From IMG/VR virus record IMGVR_UViG_3300019776_000324, positions 248,001 through 312,000 of that record: DNA of 64,000 nt; one strand, written 5' to 3'. This document shows, in pieces, positions 63,588-64,000 of the stretch. The stretch's first letter is position 1, and the number at the start of each line of letters is the position of its first letter. The notes beneath the pieces are model-generated. The model made no database searches and was not told the origin of the DNA. It worked only from the letters and a program-made list of their open reading frames with translations. The position numbers and the translations under genes are program-made.

Positions 63588-63794
63588 ATGAACATATACT
63601 ATAGAGAATCAACATTGTTAGAACAAATAAATGATGCTATTAGCGACTGCGCTACTAGTAAAAAGCACATTGACTATTTTGAATTAACCAGCGAAGAACT
63701 TGCTTCTAATTGGACCAGTTTTGATAGAACCACAAATAATGGTATCGATGTTAGATATTCCTATAAAGGTATTCCTATAAAGGTTAAAGAATGA
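63588..63794 (+). CDS. Hypothetical protein
   Basis: TAAATA 5 nt before ATG; ATGA overlap with queE. Confidence 0.6.
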   Translation: MNIYYRESTLLEQINDAISDCATSKKHIDYFELTSEELASNWTSFDRTTNNGIDVRYSYKGIPIKVKE

Positions 63795-64000
63795 AAATTA
63801 AAGTATCAGAATTATTTTATAGTTTACAAGGCGAAGGTCGCTTTGTTGGTGTGCCAAGTGTGTTCTTGCGTACATATGGATGTAACTTTAAGTGTGCAGG
63901 CTTTGGTTGCAAGCCAGGCGAAAAGTCAACAGGCGCAGATGAAGTTGCTAAAGAAGTCAGCAAGTATGATACATTCTTAAGTTTGCCATTGGTTGAAACT
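63791..64000 (+). CDS. queE: 7-carboxy-7-deazaguanine synthase QueE (radical SAM), truncated by window end
   Basis: [32 protein letters not shown]. Confidence 0.85.
   Translation, partial: MKIKVSELFYSLQGEGRFVGVPSVFLRTYGCNFKCAGFGCKPGEKSTGADEVAKEVSKYDTFLSLPLVET

Noticed and set aside
1-64000. Bacterial chromosome or prophage origin (many host-like genes: sod, erpA, clpA, dnaJ, galE, folE)
   Set aside because: T4-type PolB, clamp and loader, tail and lysis genes, TAAATA late promoters and single-strand dense packing indicate a lytic phage genome. No integrase or host housekeeping synteny was seen.

Overview
This 64 kb window is part of the genome of a large T4-like (Caudoviricetes, probably jumbo-class) lytic phage of a Gram-negative host. 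A betaproteobacterial host is a weak inference from the ErpA sequence. It is AT-rich and gene-dense, and every confident gene is on the + strand except phoH. In order it carries: sod/erpA; tail, baseplate and Ig-domain structural genes (1-8 kb); a stand-alone DnaE fragment, GroES-like gene, clamp loader, radical SAM, HAD nucleotidase and PhoH (8-15 kb); an APS-kinase-like fusion; a complete GH19 endolysin/spanin/holin lysis cassette; DnaJ and ClpA; a ~13 kb block (26.6-39.4 kb) of proteins with T4-capsid-targeting-like N-termini, several of which look like Glu-cleaved polyproteins of host-modifying enzymes (nucleotidyltransferase, zincin, amidoligase, 4x GNAT, ParB-like, deaminase); a 24-aa peptide followed by a candidate structured ncRNA; a replication module (PolB, sliding clamp) running directly into a 7-deazaguanine pathway (TGT-fold enzyme, DpdL-like T-fold protein, glycosyltransferase, GalE, FolE, QueD, QueE, PRTase, MazG); a lipidated FG-GAP/beta-barrel protein; and a late sugar-modification cluster. 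The best candidates for undescribed biology are (i) a possibly glycosylated 7-deazaguanine DNA modification with structured RNA leaders on folE/queD, (ii) the packaged polyprotein effector block, (iii) the orphan ncRNA at 39.64-39.74 kb, and (iv) window-wide promoter-gated translation (leaderless mRNAs plus promoter-in-hairpin RBS occlusion). All assignments come from motif recognition by eye; no searches were run.
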